From Saccostrea echinata (taxonomy: Eukaryota): a stretch of DNA of 64,000 nucleotides. The DNA lies in contig NW_026889796.1 of the NCBI RefSeq assembly GCF_033153115.1, forward strand, positions 8,494,001 through 8,558,000, read 5' to 3'. Positions 1 to 12,529 of this stretch are shown here, one piece after another (position 1 is the stretch's first letter; each line of letters begins with the position of its first letter). A program made the position numbers and the translations under genes. The notes below the pieces were generated by a model. That model was not told where the DNA came from, searched no databases, and was given only the letters and a program-made list of their open reading frames with translations.

Positions 1-1071
1 GAAAGAAGCTAAGAAAAATGAAATAAACTGAAAATGCATGTGTCACAGAAACTATGAAAACCGTGTCCAATAATTTCATGAAGAGATTGAACATAATCAA
101 AAGCTCCACACTGTAGCTTTTATCCTGATTAATTAACTTTACTTTGATGTTTAATAATTTCAAAGAACTCTCCCTTTCTTCGATATACATTTCATTACAT
201 GTATATTCGTAGGAAATCATCATTAATCGTAGGATTATCGTGTATTGTGTCATATCGTAGTCCTTCGTACGAGTATGTTACCGCGCTTAATCCTTCATCG
301 TAACCAGTTCGTAATGCTGTCGCTCAGTTAGTACTTAAATCGTACAAACATCGTACTTTGTCGCACAGACATCGTAGACACCCTGCTCCGGCAGCAAAAA
401 ATTCTACACCTATGGAAAAATCGCTAGTTTAACCTGGCGATGAACGGCGATTTTCAACTGTTTTTTTAATTCGTGGGTTTTCGTAGCATAAATCGTAATA
501 GTGTGGCACGGCCTTAAATAACAAACAACAACCAACCGTAGAAATGAATTAATTTATTTATTACACAGTCGAGGTACTTATTATCACCATAAATATTATT
601 AGTATCTTAAACACATATGTTCTCAGAATCCATGGAATGAATACCATGCATATGATTCAGATATCAGATAATTTGTAAATAGTGCTACAGAGCATGTTTA
701 TGAGGCATTGAACCATTTTCTACCTACACTAACACTTTACCGTGGGATACCAGAATTTCTGAGAAAATAAGAAATTTTTATTACCGTTATAACGAGAAAG
801 AGGGAGAGAGATTTAACAATAAAAAATTAGTAACCACGATCAAATATCAAGATCGAGTAGAGAGATTATATATTTCACTATAGCGCAATCTTGCCTGGTC
901 GCACGATCATATCCTTTTACGATGAATGGAGAACGGGTAAATTTATTGAAATCTTAAACCTTCTGAGAAAGCTTTACACATGTATATTCATCAAATTAAT
1001 TATATAAAAAAAAAGTTGCAACGACTTCGGAATTTCTGTTTCTTACATATTATATGAAAGAAATTTTGACA

Positions 1072-1412
1072 CTAAGGCCAGACGACACGTTTCTCATTAA
1101 TATATAAATTTTTCATAGAATTTGTCATTGAAGTACTCCTACTTTAACAAGTTTCCTCACAGAAAATTAAGGTACCTTACCAGGCATTTGTGCAAGATAC
1201 CAAAGGATGGTGTTCCCTGTACATGTATAACCCTTTTAGAAATCTGATGAAATGCCAATATTACAATTTTTGGGTGTCTCAATCTACTTAGACATTTTGA
1301 AAATAGTTGAAAACAGTTTAAAATCTCAAGATAATGATAATTATGATTAATTTGTTGTATATTACGAAGAGATACAAAACAGATTATCGAGCAACGTGTC
1401 GTCAGACCTTAG
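1072..1412. mobile_element. MITE-like non-autonomous DNA transposon
   Basis: Terminal inverted repeats: CTAAGGCCAGACGACACGTTTCTC at 1072 and GAGCAACGTGTCGTCAGACCTTAG ending 1412. The interior is AT-rich and non-coding. Confidence 0.65.
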
Positions 1413-1785
1413 ATTAACTATGATGCATTATATCACTTCTTGAAACCTTCGGACTGGTTAAGCCTTCAAACATCTTTGTATCCAAATGAAATTCTTAGCT
1501 GTATGCATTTAAGTATTCTCACCAATCAACTAAATAATTACACTTTATATAAAATACAGTGACCATCTCGTAAAAGTTAACTTTAACAAACAATGTTTTT
1601 GAAAAAACTTTTTTGCGGTAGTTCATACATTGCAGAATACAAGCAGACCTTTGTGTCAGTCATTATTTTCTCCAAGAAATTTAACCCAACATTGCTGCCA
1701 ACCGTAACAGCGAAAGCATAACTGCGCAATTTGTTCAAGGATTTCTATCAAATATTTTGGCGGTTCACCATCACAGAAAAATTAG

Positions 1786-1877
1786 CACGTGATGAAGAGG
1801 CGATATAAAAGATGTAAACAAACATTGTTAACTTATTCTGCTGCAAGGAATATATATTAGACATTCATTTGACGTGA
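1786..1877 (+). promoter_or_regulatory. Putative core promoter of the DUSP-UBL/BTB gene
   Basis: CACGTG E-box (1786-1791), TATAAAA (1804-1810), GTAAACA forkhead-type site (1814-1820) and TGACGTGA CRE-like site (1870-1877). The ATG at 2188 sits just after an acceptor (ttacag, 2186), implying a non-coding first exon in this area. Confidence 0.4.
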
Positions 1878-2187
1878 GGATGTATGTTCTGCGGGAAAAT
1901 GAAATACGGATATAGACGCTGCCGAGATGTAATAAAAACACTTTCAATTAATTAAAATTCTGAGAATTGGCACGCAGATAAAAGTTGGTAATTTTTATTA
2001 CTTCAGATTATTCTACTGGAAAATTTTAATTTCATTCAGGAAAAAGGAATATCTAAATTCTCATATTGTTACTTCACTGACGGAAAGAAATTAAAATCAT
2101 GTCTTTAACATCAAAGTAAATATCACCCTCTGGAGCCTCAAGTTATCTTATGTTTTGAAGTGCTTATCTGAGATTTTTCCTTACAGC

Positions 2188-3420
2188 ATGTCTATGTTGG
2201 AATTTTCCTCTCTGCTGCATTGTAGCAGAGATACAGAGGAGAATACACTAGGAATACCTATCTACCGACAGAGGGCGTCGTGGGGCCAACAAGCAGACAT
2301 GGAATTGGCGGCCAGTCCTGGAATGACGGACCTTTTGACCCAAAGAACTATCCTTGAGCATTTGTTTCTTAAACGCCCGATAGAAGGCGAATTTTGGTAC
2401 GTCATTGTGGCCGAATGGATAGAGCAACTGAAACGATACATAGGTTTACAGACGACTCGGAAGTTTTATCACCAAAGGACGAACCCTGGTCCGATAATCA
2501 CTCGTCGGGACTATGCACATACTGTTGACGTAGTACACGAAGATGCATGGCGTATGATGGTACAATGGTACGGACTAACAGATGGCCATAAGCCGATCAA
2601 ACTTGTTGTGTATAACTACAGACGCGGTCCTGAGATCGAACACAATTTGAATTCTTTCAAGGTGATGCTTAGTATTTCATCTGTCGAAGACTTTCACCAT
2701 GTCAAGTTCAGCAAAATGGAGAAAGTCGGCCATATTGAGTACAAAGTTCGGCATTTGTACTGTATACCAAAAGAAAAACATTCGAGAATATGGGCTAAGA
2801 CAGACACAGACAGCGAATGGAGACTTCTTCTGAATCGAGATAAAACTGTAGGAAAATATCTCGATATCGATTCCGACTTCATTCGTCCAATTGTTGCTCT
2901 TGAAATTTGTGACGAAGAAGGGAAATGGGTAAACGCTCCCCAAGACGCTTGCGCAGTAGAAATTCAAGAGTGCCCAGTAGGACCTTTGTATGAACACGAC
3001 ATCTTCACGGACCTCACGAGCAGCTGGGAGGTAGATATTCACGACCAGATCGACCATATTGGAAAGAGCTTGGTGGATAACCTCCATGTCAATTTTAATG
3101 CTTTCGTGCAGAAAGCGCGGGAATTTGTTGACGAACGAGACTACCATCTGCGTCAACGAGAACGTGATATCTATCGCAGAGAGTCATTTATTGAGGATCT
3201 CACTGAAAAATTGGAAAATAAAGAAAAGGTACTAGACGCTCAGTTGGAATCATGTGAAAGGCAATTGAACGAATGTGATAAACGCAGAAAAGATATTGAA
3301 GTGGAATGCAAGAAGCAAAGGGAAGATTTGGATCGCCTCGAAGAACGGAGGAGAATGGACTTTAATGCACAGAAAGAATCATTTGAAAATGAACGAGACA
3401 AGTTTCACTCAGAATTGCAG
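2188..3420 (+). CDS. Gene 1 coding exon 1: DUSP + ubiquitin-like domains (USP4/11/15-type) followed by a coiled coil
   Basis: ATG at 2188 after acceptor ttacag; donor CAG|GTAAAT at 3420/3421 (phase 0). GEFWYVIVAEWIEQLKRYIG...NPGPI...AWRMMVQWYG...PI matches DUSP (about 2330-2610). KFSKMEKVGHIEYKVRHLYCIP...RIW...ALEICDEEGKW matches the adjacent UBL of USP15/4/11 (about 2650-2935). E/K/R/Q-rich heptad region at about 3110-3420. Confidence 0.85.
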
Positions 3421-3467
3421 GTAAATTATTCAGCATATAGTCTCAAATCCTTTGAGTTGCGTATTCT

Positions 3468-3632
3468 TAAACAATAAAATACTTACTTTGGTTGTTAGTA
3501 TTGGAATTAATGTTGCAGCTGTTGCAGGAAAAAGCACACGATCCGCGTCAGCGGGTTCTGATTTTTTTTTTCTGCAATAGCTGCAACGTTAATTCCCGTA
3601 CTAACAAAGAAAGAAAGACATTTTATTGTTTA
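3468..3632. repeat. Long imperfect palindrome (palindromic MITE-like element) in the gene 1 intron
   Basis: TAAACAATAAAAT...TTGTTAGTATTGGAATTAATGTTGCAGCTGTTGCAGGAAAA pairs with TTTTCTGCAATAGCTGCAACGTTAATTCCCGTACTAACAA...ATTTTATTGTTTA. Confidence 0.75.
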
Positions 3633-3766
3633 TATTTATATTTGTATAAATAATCATTATTAAGTATTTAACATAATATATTATTGGGATACAGGCATGG
3701 AATATATTTTTCTTATATGTAATAACATATTTTCACCTTTCTTTTAACATTTCTTTTTTATCCAAG

Positions 3767-4156
3767 CGTATGTCAGACATGTACAAAATCCAGGATAGTC
3801 GGATCAAACTGGACATCGGAGGTCAGCTGTTTACGACGTCACTAACGACACTTAACCGTGATCCAGACTCCATGTTGGCGGCCATGTTTAGTGGCCGCCA
3901 TGAACTGAAAAAAGAAGATGGTAACGGAAGCTACTTCATAGACAGGGACGGCACACACTTTCGATACATTCTTAATTTTCTAAGAGACGGTGAGGTCAAA
4001 GATGGAACTATTCCTGAAAATCCCAACTTGTGGAGAGAATTGTTGACGGAGGCGGAATACTACCAGATAGGAGGACTTGTGCACTATCTACAATCGCTCC
4101 TTCATAGTCATCAACAACGACACGATTCGCCTTCTAGTGACACAACTTTTGTTTAA
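3767..4156 (+). CDS. Gene 1 coding exon 2: KCTD-type BTB/POZ (T1-like) domain; spliced product about 540 aa
   Basis: A polypyrimidine tract and ccaag acceptor at 3766 join in frame to exon 1. IKLDIGGQLFTTSLTTL...SMLAAMFSG...YFIDRDGTHFRYILNFLRDG...EAEYYQI is the classic KCTD BTB signature. Stop TAA ends at 4156; AATAAA at 4303. Confidence 0.9.
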   Translation, partial: RMSDMYKIQDSRIKLDIGGQLFTTSLTTLNRDPDSMLAAMFSGRHELKKEDGNGSYFIDRDGTHFRYILNFLRDGEVKDGTIPENPNLWRELLTEAEYYQIGGLVHYLQSLLHSHQQRHDSPSSDTTFV

Positions 4157-4619
4157 ACTGGCCTTATAACAGACTTTCGTGTTCAGTACCAAAATTGTAC
4201 GTTTATCAAACGGCCAGATGTTTAAATTTAATATATAGTGCATACCGACTTTCGATGTTATTCGCTCGGTCTGCGAATAAGGTCTTTTTGATTTGTGCCT
4301 AAAATAAAACACAAATTTTGAGCCATAATTATATAATTATCTAATATTTCTAAGCTGTGCAATAATTATGTCAATTACGGTGACTTGAAGTTCTTTGTTT
4401 TTTGATACCATGCTTATTTTCGAAAGCCAGGCTGATGGAAATTAATAGATATCTTGCTAAAACTCCTTACTATATTCTTTAAAATATTACCAAAGTGTAA
4501 AAAAAAAAAAAAAAAAAAAAGAACAACAAATATATACTGGCAATCATTTAAAACGCACACACAACTGTTATAATGATATTTATCATTTTATTTGTGGAAG
4601 TAATAAGATATACCAATAA

Positions 4620-4784
4620 AAGGGTTGTGCCCCATATATAATATTGCTGATATATAGTATACTATAGAAACGTAGCTACTTTATGACCTTTTTTGTCAAG
4701 GAATTATTACATAGTAATACCCCCCCTCCAACAGAAAATGTTTGGTTGTGCTCCCCAAAACTTAAATTTCTTACTACGGACCTG
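4620..4784 (-). mobile_element. Degenerate copy of the MITE family found at 47742 and 53539
   Basis: Shares TTGTGCCCC...TTGTCAAGGAATT...CCCCCCTCCAAC.GAAAATGT.TTG.TTGTGC...CTACGGACCTG with those elements. Confidence 0.55.
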
Positions 4785-7700
4785 TGATTGTCGATGAGTG
4801 TAGTCGTTCACTTATGAGGAGTTATCAAAAAGTTCGCGAATTGATGCGATTAAAATTATATCTAGTCTGTGCTCACAAAACTTAAACGGAACATAAAACA
4901 ACAAAAGTTTAAGAAATACTAAATTTTAGCTTTATACGTCGATAATCTGCAAAGTTGTTATAAAATAAAAAAGACATTATATGATCACCGGCTCTGTCGC
5001 CGTTTAGTTTCATGACGTCCAACAACCTCATTGTGTCTCAAAGTCCGTCCCCTCTACCTCATACACTTATCTTGATGAGATTGTCTGGAGTTTAGTAAGG
5101 ACTTAAGCCCGTCTTGTTTATATGACTTTACAATGTCATGAATTAACAGCTGCTTTCAATACATATTACATGTATATTGTAAATGTATCTACACATAAGG
5201 AAAGATCCTCACTTGATTATGCTAGCATATTTTACTTGTCGGAGTTCAATATCTACCACACATGATCAACGTCACTTTTTGAAGTGACTGACTTTTCAAA
5301 CCCTGACTACAAATCGACATTACATGTAACTGTCCATCTCATCTATCCGACACTCTTTCGGCATTTTAAAACAAGTACTCTGGATGCATTTTATTTCTAT
5401 GTAGCCCGTTTAAACATTTCCTAGGTCTATACCAGTTTTTCCAGGAGCGAAACTTTATAGAATGTTGGAAAAAGAAACCCCTTCCCCCTTCTGACGCCAT
5501 GCTTAAGCTCTTATTTTTTTGGACACTCCAGATAAAATTTACGATAAAGTTTCATAGAACTTATAGAATGAGGTAAAAATTGCAAAATTTACGGAGCAAT
5601 GTGTCATAGTCTCTAAATCATCTTGACCTATGATTTTAACAAGAGGAATATAAAATAAATTATTTAAGAAATTGAAATTGTTTTTTTTAATTATGAACTT
5701 GCACGCTCTTCACTTAAAATTTGACATTTCTTACATAATTAACGTACCGATTGACAGATATTGCCTGAATACTATCGTAACAGTGACGGACAAAACGAAT
5801 GTCTGTTCATGCTACGTGATTCAAACGGGTGCATTCAGATTTATACGTTCAGTGAATTAAACCAAAAAGTATTTTTATTTAAGAATATTAATGTACCATA
5901 AGGCAGAATTTGTCTTTATAACTTAAACAAAACAATTCTGTAGTTGTTTTCTTGCAGTTTTTAAAAAGAATCTGTCAGGGTTACGTGCATCCGTACATGT
6001 TACGATATACTAGGTTTGATCTATATAAAATAATTTATTTTTTAAAATTTCATTAGTATTTTCATAAATAATAATATCTTGTGTATTATAATTTCCAAGA
6101 ATAAAAGATAAGTTTTGAATGATAAATTTTATTGGCTCGTTTTGAACAGGTATTGCTCAAGAAATATCGTAACATGACAGACATGGTGGAAATTTTGTAT
6201 GTTACAAAGCGTATAGCAGAGATTTATTTTTTAAAAATTCAAATTTTATATCTATAAGGAATCAAAATTTGAATAATGTCCATTTCTAACGGCAACGCTA
6301 TCTTTTTGGTAAAATAATGAATGTTTATGGTTGTTTGGCTGGCTAAGTAGAGGAGTCTGTCAGTGTTACGATCATCAGTTTGTGCATCAAAAGTAGCTTA
6401 AAAATCTCTTTTTTTTCTACGTAAGAGTGAAAAAAATTGCATTGTTTAAGGAATTGTTTAATTTAATTTTTTACAGATTATTTGTATTGCTAAGCATCAG
6501 AAATGTAATTTAATCATGTCACGTTTTATTATACGTCTGTCATGTTACGTTATATATCTGTCATGTGTTACGTGACACACATTTCAAACATTATTAAAAT
6601 ATTTTTTTTTTGACTTAATTATCCATTCAAACATGTTTTTGTCCTATTTAGAGTCAAAATTTCAAATACACATAAAGAAATCTAAGAAAAAACGTGTCTA
6701 TAGAATTCTTTATTTGTCCTCCCAGATGTACTCAAGAGCGAATTTAGAGCCCATACCACATGCCTGAATTGACGGGATTTTTGCATAACAAATGCTCATA
6801 TCAACAGAATTTTCTCAGTTACATGTTTACACTCATGCAGGTAGGAAAAAACCCGTCATATTCGAGGTTGCGCCGCCTTGACATACCATTGCTTGCAAAA
6901 ACATGAACAATTTTTCAAAAAATAAAAATTATGATTTATATATGGTTTTTTCTATAAATAGAAAAGATGATGCTAACTAAATGTATAAAAATTCATTGAT
7001 GTACCTAAAGCGGTTTTAATTTTATAACACTAATCCATGAACTTTTTAATAACCTCTCGTACATGTAATATAACTCCGCCCACATTCGAGTCATACCAGC
7101 CCCTCCCCTTCCCAATAGTGAACCAATAATTCGACTTACCCTATTTTAAACACGTTATGTTCACGTAAGGTTCAATTTTTAACAAATTAGCTTAGCAAGG
7201 TATAAAAGATAACCTTGATGATAATTTATATATTATCGTATGTCCAATGCAGGTATGTGAATGAATATGCAAAAGATTGAATAATTTACTTTCGAACCAT
7301 ATAATCTCTAATTTATATGAAATTAACAGCTGTTCTATAAAAAAAAGACATTTTACATAATGCTAAAATGGGTTAATTCCTATATCTCTCTCCAAATATA
7401 TACTGGGATTAGAAACTGGATTACAGAGTGTGCAAAGTGTAAAACGGGATTATGTTTTGTTAATTGAATGAAATGGAAATTAATCTTTTGGACAAATATA
7501 AGCAAATAATTCTCAAAAGGATCTTTTGCACTTATAAAATATTTTTTTGGTTTTAAAAGGCTTTGAGTTCACCGAATCCATGCAATAACTTTTTTTCAAA
7601 TACACGAGAGAAATCCGTGATTTTTAAACGTCTCTTAATAATTTATGCGCAACACTTGCACACATACTTTTCCTGCTCCCTCACACCCCACCCTCAATAT

Positions 7701-8060
7701 CCCTATAAAATAGCAAGTCTTTATTTGCAGCGGTCTTGGATTTGCAAGATTTGTTTTTAAAAATTTACTTGATTTTCTTCACTGTATTTAAAAAAAGGGA
7801 TATTGGGATTCGGATTTTTTGATCTCTCCTAATACTAAAAAGAAAAAAAGAAACTTCGTTGAATTAATTGTGGGATATTCACATCAATATTGCGGGTAAA
7901 TATTATATTTAATCTGATATCAAACAAATGTTTCAATTATTTAAATGACATCGTTACATAAAAAACCTTTTATCAGAATAAGCACTTCAAAAGAAAGATT
8001 TAAAGTCTAGTTCGAGGGTGTGTCCTCATGGATTTGTGATCCAAAAAGATGTATGTACGG

Positions 8061-8091
<31 letters not shown>

Positions 8092-10006
8092 AAGCTTTTC
8101 TGAGCAAAGAGTGCCCGTCGTCCGGCGTCTGTAAACTTTTCGCATTTTTGACGTCTTCTCAAGAACTACTAGGCCACTTTAAACCAAACTTGCCACAAAG
8201 CATCTTTGGGTGAAGGGGTTTTAAGTTTGTTCACATGAAGTGCCACGCCCTAGTTTAAGGGGAGATAATTAAGAATTCGTGAAAATTTGGTGACGTCTTT
8301 TAAAAATCTTCTTCTCAAGAACCACTGGGTAAGAAAAGATGAAACTTATGTGAAAGCTTCAATACGTACTTTAGAATCAAGTTTGTTCAGATCATAACCC
8401 CCGGGGGTAGGGTGGGGCCACATGAGGGTCGAAGTTCTACATGAATATAAAGGTAATGTCTTTAAAAATCTTCTTCTCGAAAACAGCAAAGCCATGATTA
8501 GTCATATTATAACAGAAGAAACTTCAGGTAGTATAGATTCAAGTTTGTTCCAATCATGACCCCTGGGGGTAGGGCAGGGCCACAACAGGGGGTCAAAGTT
8601 TACCATTGGAATATATAGGAAATACCTTTAAAAATCTTCTCACAAACAGCTAAACCATTATTAGTTATATTAATACAGAAGTATTCTCAGGTAGTGTTTG
8701 TTTGTGTGTTGTTTAACGTCCCTCTCGAGAATTTTTCACTCATATGGAGACGCCACCACTTGCCGGTGGAGAGCTGCAAATTTTGTCCTGTACTCGGCAC
8801 TTAAGGCCATTGAGCAGTGAGGGATCTTTTTCGTGCCAGCACCTACTGCGACACGGGACCTCGGTTTATACGGTCTCATCCGAAGGACCGGTCTCCACAT
8901 CCCACAGTGGGATTCGAACCCGCGACGTAAGGATCAACTCCTTACGCCGCGACTCTAGAGCAGACGCTCTAACCACTGCGCCACGCGGGCGACCTCAGGT
9001 AGTGTAGATTCAAGTTTGTTTAAATCATGACCCCTGAGGGGTAGGACGGGGCCAAAACAGTGGGTCAAAGTTTAAGTTAAACGCATTGATGACTTCAGAT
9101 AGTGGAATAACCTGACAACCCTTGGAATGGACTAACCAAACCAAAAGGTATACAACGGCAAAGCTTTGGAGATGTCAGGCATTCAGAAGCTAGCTGAGGT
9201 AGTTGATGTTGAATCAGCAATAAAGAAGTTACGAGTAAGAGCAAAATAAAAGTATAATAGTTATAAACACCAGTGGCAAGTATCCTAGGGAATTGATGTT
9301 AAGTTCTGGGTGTAGTAAATCTGAAGATTGAGTCACCCATTTTTATCTATCAATGGGAACTTAGGGAGAAACACGGTGCAAGTAGTATCTTACCCAGTCC
9401 CTGTCTCTTGATAAGAGAAAATTTAAGTACTGCATGATTTACCCTCAGACAGAGAGTAAATGGAAAACTATATATGCATGTACCTTGTAAGAACCTGATC
9501 ATACAAGTTACATAGGACATATCTTTAAAATCTTCTCAAGAACAACTAAGCCATTATTATTTATTAGTCATATTTATACAAAAGCAATCTTAGGTATTGT
9601 AAAATCAAGTTTGTTCAAATTATGGCCCCCATAGGATGGGGACACAACAGAGAGTCAAAGTTTTGCATAAGAATAAATAGGAATCATCTTGAAAAAATCT
9701 GCTCAACAACAGCAGAGCCATGATAAGTCATATTATTATAGAAATATCCTCAGGTAGTGTAGATTCAAATTTATTCAAATATAGGGTGGTAGGGTGGGGC
9801 TACCATGAGCGATCTGAGTTTTACATGGGAAAATCTGTAAAATTCTTCTGTTAAAGAACAGCAAAGCCATGATCAGTAATATTGATATGGAATTATCCTG
9901 AGGTAGTGTAAATTAAAGTTTATCCCCCCTGTCACTACTGGGCTGATTTCTGCTCTTTTCTAGTCAATGTGCTCAGGTGTGTGATGTGGCCCATGGGCCT
10001 TTTGTT
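8061..10006 (+). mobile_element. Helentron-associated (HINE-like) element with an internal ~165-bp satellite array and nested insertions
   Basis: Starts TTTTTAGCTCACCTGAGCCGAAGGCTCAAGT and ends GCTCAGGTGTGTGATGTGGCCCATGGGCCTTTTGTT (sub-terminal inverted repeat plus 3' palindrome). Internal tandem units read AAGTTTGTTCAAATCATGACCCC..GGGGTAGGG.GGGGCCAC...AAAATCTTCTTCTC. A SINE (8698-8993) and about 430 bp of unrelated sequence (about 9075-9510) interrupt it. Confidence 0.75.
8698..8993 (-). mobile_element. tRNA-derived SINE (Deu/Nin-domain-like core), full length
   Basis: Minus strand shows A-box TGGCGCAGTGG, B-box GGTTCGAATCC, core CCTTCGGATGAGACCGTATAAACCGAGGTCCCGTGT and tail GGGACGTTAAAC(AAAC)n. 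A 12-bp TSD CTCAGGTAGTGT lies at 8686-8697 and 8994-9005. Confidence 0.9.
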
Positions 10007-10390
10007 TAGCTCACCTGAGCCAAAGGCTCAAGTGGGCTTTTCTGATCAAAATTTGTCCGTTGTCTGTCGTCGTTGTGGTCGACGTCGTTGTCATCGTTAA
10101 TTTTTTTTTTACAATTTCATCTACTTCGCTAGAACCACTGGGTATATTCAACCAAACTTGCCGGTGGGGCCACAAGAGGTGATCAAAGTTTTACATAGGA
10201 AAGATTATTAAAATCCCTATTTTCGAGAACAGCAAAGCCATGAGTAGTCATAATATAACAGAACTGAAGCATCCTCAAATAGTATAGATTCAGTATTGTT
10301 CAATTCAGTCAATAACCCCAAAGGTGGGGGGATAAAAGATAAAACTTACAGGAATATAATCTTTAAAAATCTTTAATAAAAGTCATTAAT
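10005..10390 (+). mobile_element. Second HINE-like element (5' part), directly abutting the first
   Basis: TTTAGCTCACCTGAGCCAAAGGCTCAAGTGGGCTTTTCTGATCAAAATTTGTCCG, then a GTC microsatellite and degenerate satellite units. A degenerate 3' end (GCTCAGATTAGCATGTGTCTCTTGGGCCTCT) occurs at about 12915-12945. Confidence 0.65.
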
Positions 10391-10396
10391 AGTATT

Positions 10397-10769
10397 CAGG
10401 GCTCTAATTGGCGACTAATTTAGTCGCCATGGCGCCTAAAAGTTTTGATTGGCGCGTAAGAATTTTCCATAAGTCGCCAAATTGGCGACCATTTTAAATT
10501 GACTTGGCGATCATCGAATTCCAGAAATTTTCACATTTTTAACAATTTTCTGAAAAAGGAAAAAGAATTTTAAAAGAAGAGGAATATTTTTTTTTAGCAA
10601 TGGACATGTCATGTTTTCTTAGGCACGTCATGGGTCCCTATATTCTCTTAACTTTTAAACTTGGCGCCTTAGAAAAATTGCCTGGCGACTAAAAATTTGC
10701 ATTGGCGACTAATTTTTTTTTATCAGGCGCCAGCTGGCGCCTAATTTTTAGAGGCCACTTAGAGGCCTG
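10397..10769. mobile_element. MITE with CAGG...CCTG termini and a 5-bp TSD
   Basis: TIR CAGGGCTCTAA / TTAGAGGCCTG. TSD GTATT at 10392-10396 and 10770-10774. Many sub-terminal TGGCGCC/TGGCGAC motifs in both orientations. Confidence 0.8.
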
Positions 10770-10779
10770 GTATTCAAGC

Positions 10780-11660
10780 TCAAAGTCCATTAAAATAATA
10801 CAAATCGGGAGCAGAGCAAACATGGACCTCCAAAAACACCAAAGATGGGGTCAGGTGCCATGGAGGAGTTAGCATCCCCTGTCGACCGGTCACACCCGCT
10901 GTGTGCTCCATTTCATGATCGGTAAACAACGGAAAAATCCGTCGACAGTGTGTAAATAATGGACTGCTAATTGGCATGAAAAACATCAATCAGCATATGA
11001 CTTAATTAATGATAGATTTTTTGCTGACAAGGTTTTTGTATAGATATAGATAGAACTCACGAAATGATGACTTTAAACGAGACTGTTGATATTCTTGTTT
11101 CATCAACTTGTTTGTCAATAATTTACCTCGTTTTAGAAATTGTTCATACGTAGATCATGTTCTTGCGTATCGAATCAACTGAGAGATATACACCCCATAT
11201 GCAGGTGATGAAGGTATATTGCTGCATAAGTAAGGGAAGTTGACGATTGAAAAGTTAAATTCATCAAGTTTATTATAAAGCTTTGTTGTTAGATTACTAT
11301 TTACCTCTTTTTCTAGTAAAATATCCAAATATGAAACAGATGTGTCAGACTCTGTTTTATCTTTTATTTCAAACTCACTGGGATATATCGTGTCGATATA
11401 TGAATGGAAATAACTATTGTTAATTGATAAATATACGCCGTCGATATATCTTACTGTCGAGTTGAAGTCCACAGCAAAAGATTTCTTTTTCTTAAGTATA
11501 AGATTTTGACTAAATTCTGCTTCATATGAATACAAAAATAGGTCTGCTAACAACGGGGCGCAATTGGTACCCAACAGATTATTGAAAGACATGGTCTCCA
11601 AAATCAACATACATATTGTCAATCAGAAACTCAAGCATTTTTTTAATATCAACTTCATAA
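10780..11660 (-). mobile_element. 5'-truncated, degenerate Penelope-like retroelement (RT C-terminal part and 3' end)
   Basis: ORF 11155-11622(-) reads GTNCAPLLADLFLYSYE...RYID(G)V..INN...SYLDILL...KLYNKLDEFNFSIVNFPYLCSNIP..PAYGVYISQLIRYAR, an RT palm/thumb with the catalytic YIDD decayed. The 3' region GGGTGTGACCGGTCGACAGGGGATGCT.ACTCCTCCATGGCACCTGA recurs at about 49663 and 59875. Confidence 0.75.
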
Positions 11661-12529
11661 ATAAATTCATGTATAAAAATAAACGTTATACTGAAGATTT
11701 TTCAAACTTGCATAATGCTTAACAAGCAAATGTATAACTTAAGAGATTGAGAACTGTGTCTTTTTGAGATTGGGAATGGCATGTTCTATTTACCTGTTTA
11801 GTAATGACGCTGGAGGGCGAGGTAAACATAATGTACAGGACTATCAATTAATATGAGATGTTAGGCAATAATGTACAAACGAAGACCACAGCTCCCCCCC
11901 CCCAGTACCCCATTTTTCTTGATATTTAATATGCAAGTAAAATGCCTTTAATTATTGTATCCCCTTCCCCTTTGAAAAATAATTAAAATTGCCAAAGATC
12001 AAATATTATGGGACATTACCTCATGCAGCCTTAACTAGGATTAAATATAAATCGTTCTAAGTAGACTTGTCTGTAATTAATAGACTGGCAAGGTACATTT
12101 AAGTACTGTGTCCAATTTATGTCATAAAATATTTTGAAAAAAAATATTATACTTTTTAGACTTATTATTGTCAAATGTAATTCATAGGTCGTAGTTAATT
12201 TGTAACAAGTACAAAATCTAATATAAAATTTTTATATCATTGTTTATAATTTCTGTAATAATTTCCGGTAAAACCGGAGGAAAATGTATTTGAAGGCAGT
12301 AAATCTTTAGACTTAGGGTAAAAAGTGAACATGATTTTGTTTCAAAAATACAGCATTTTAGAATTGTCGAAACCGCATCAACATCAGAGGAATTGTGGAT
12401 TTTCGTTCTTTAATTTGTTTTAATTTTAAATCATGCACTGGAGTGAAAAGTCTGATCTTATCAAGTGTTTCCTGGTGTCATAAAAACAAAAGAACTATAT
12501 GCCATCATAAGACAGTTATACCCACAAGT

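Noticed and set aside
200-517. TCGTA-rich segment ending GGCCTTAA
   Set aside because: Probably the end of a non-autonomous repeat; no matching terminus or coding signal is visible.
2155-2187. ORF-track start at 2155 and stop at 3477
   Set aside because: 2155 is a TTG upstream of a splice acceptor; the likely start is ATG 2188, and the frame continues by splicing at 3420 into the BTB exon.
2677-3156. 159-aa minus-strand ORF
   Set aside because: Antisense shadow of gene 1 with no recognisable motif.
5774-6575. Scattered inverted copies of CGTAACA(C/G/T)TGACAGAC
   Set aside because: Probably remnants of a DNA transposon, but boundaries and TSD could not be defined.
8744-9007. ORFs METPPLAGGELQIL... 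(also 18291, 16346, 12630, 58689) and tRNA-like A/B boxes
   Set aside because: These are chance ORFs within SINEs; the A/B boxes are SINE heads, not tRNA genes.
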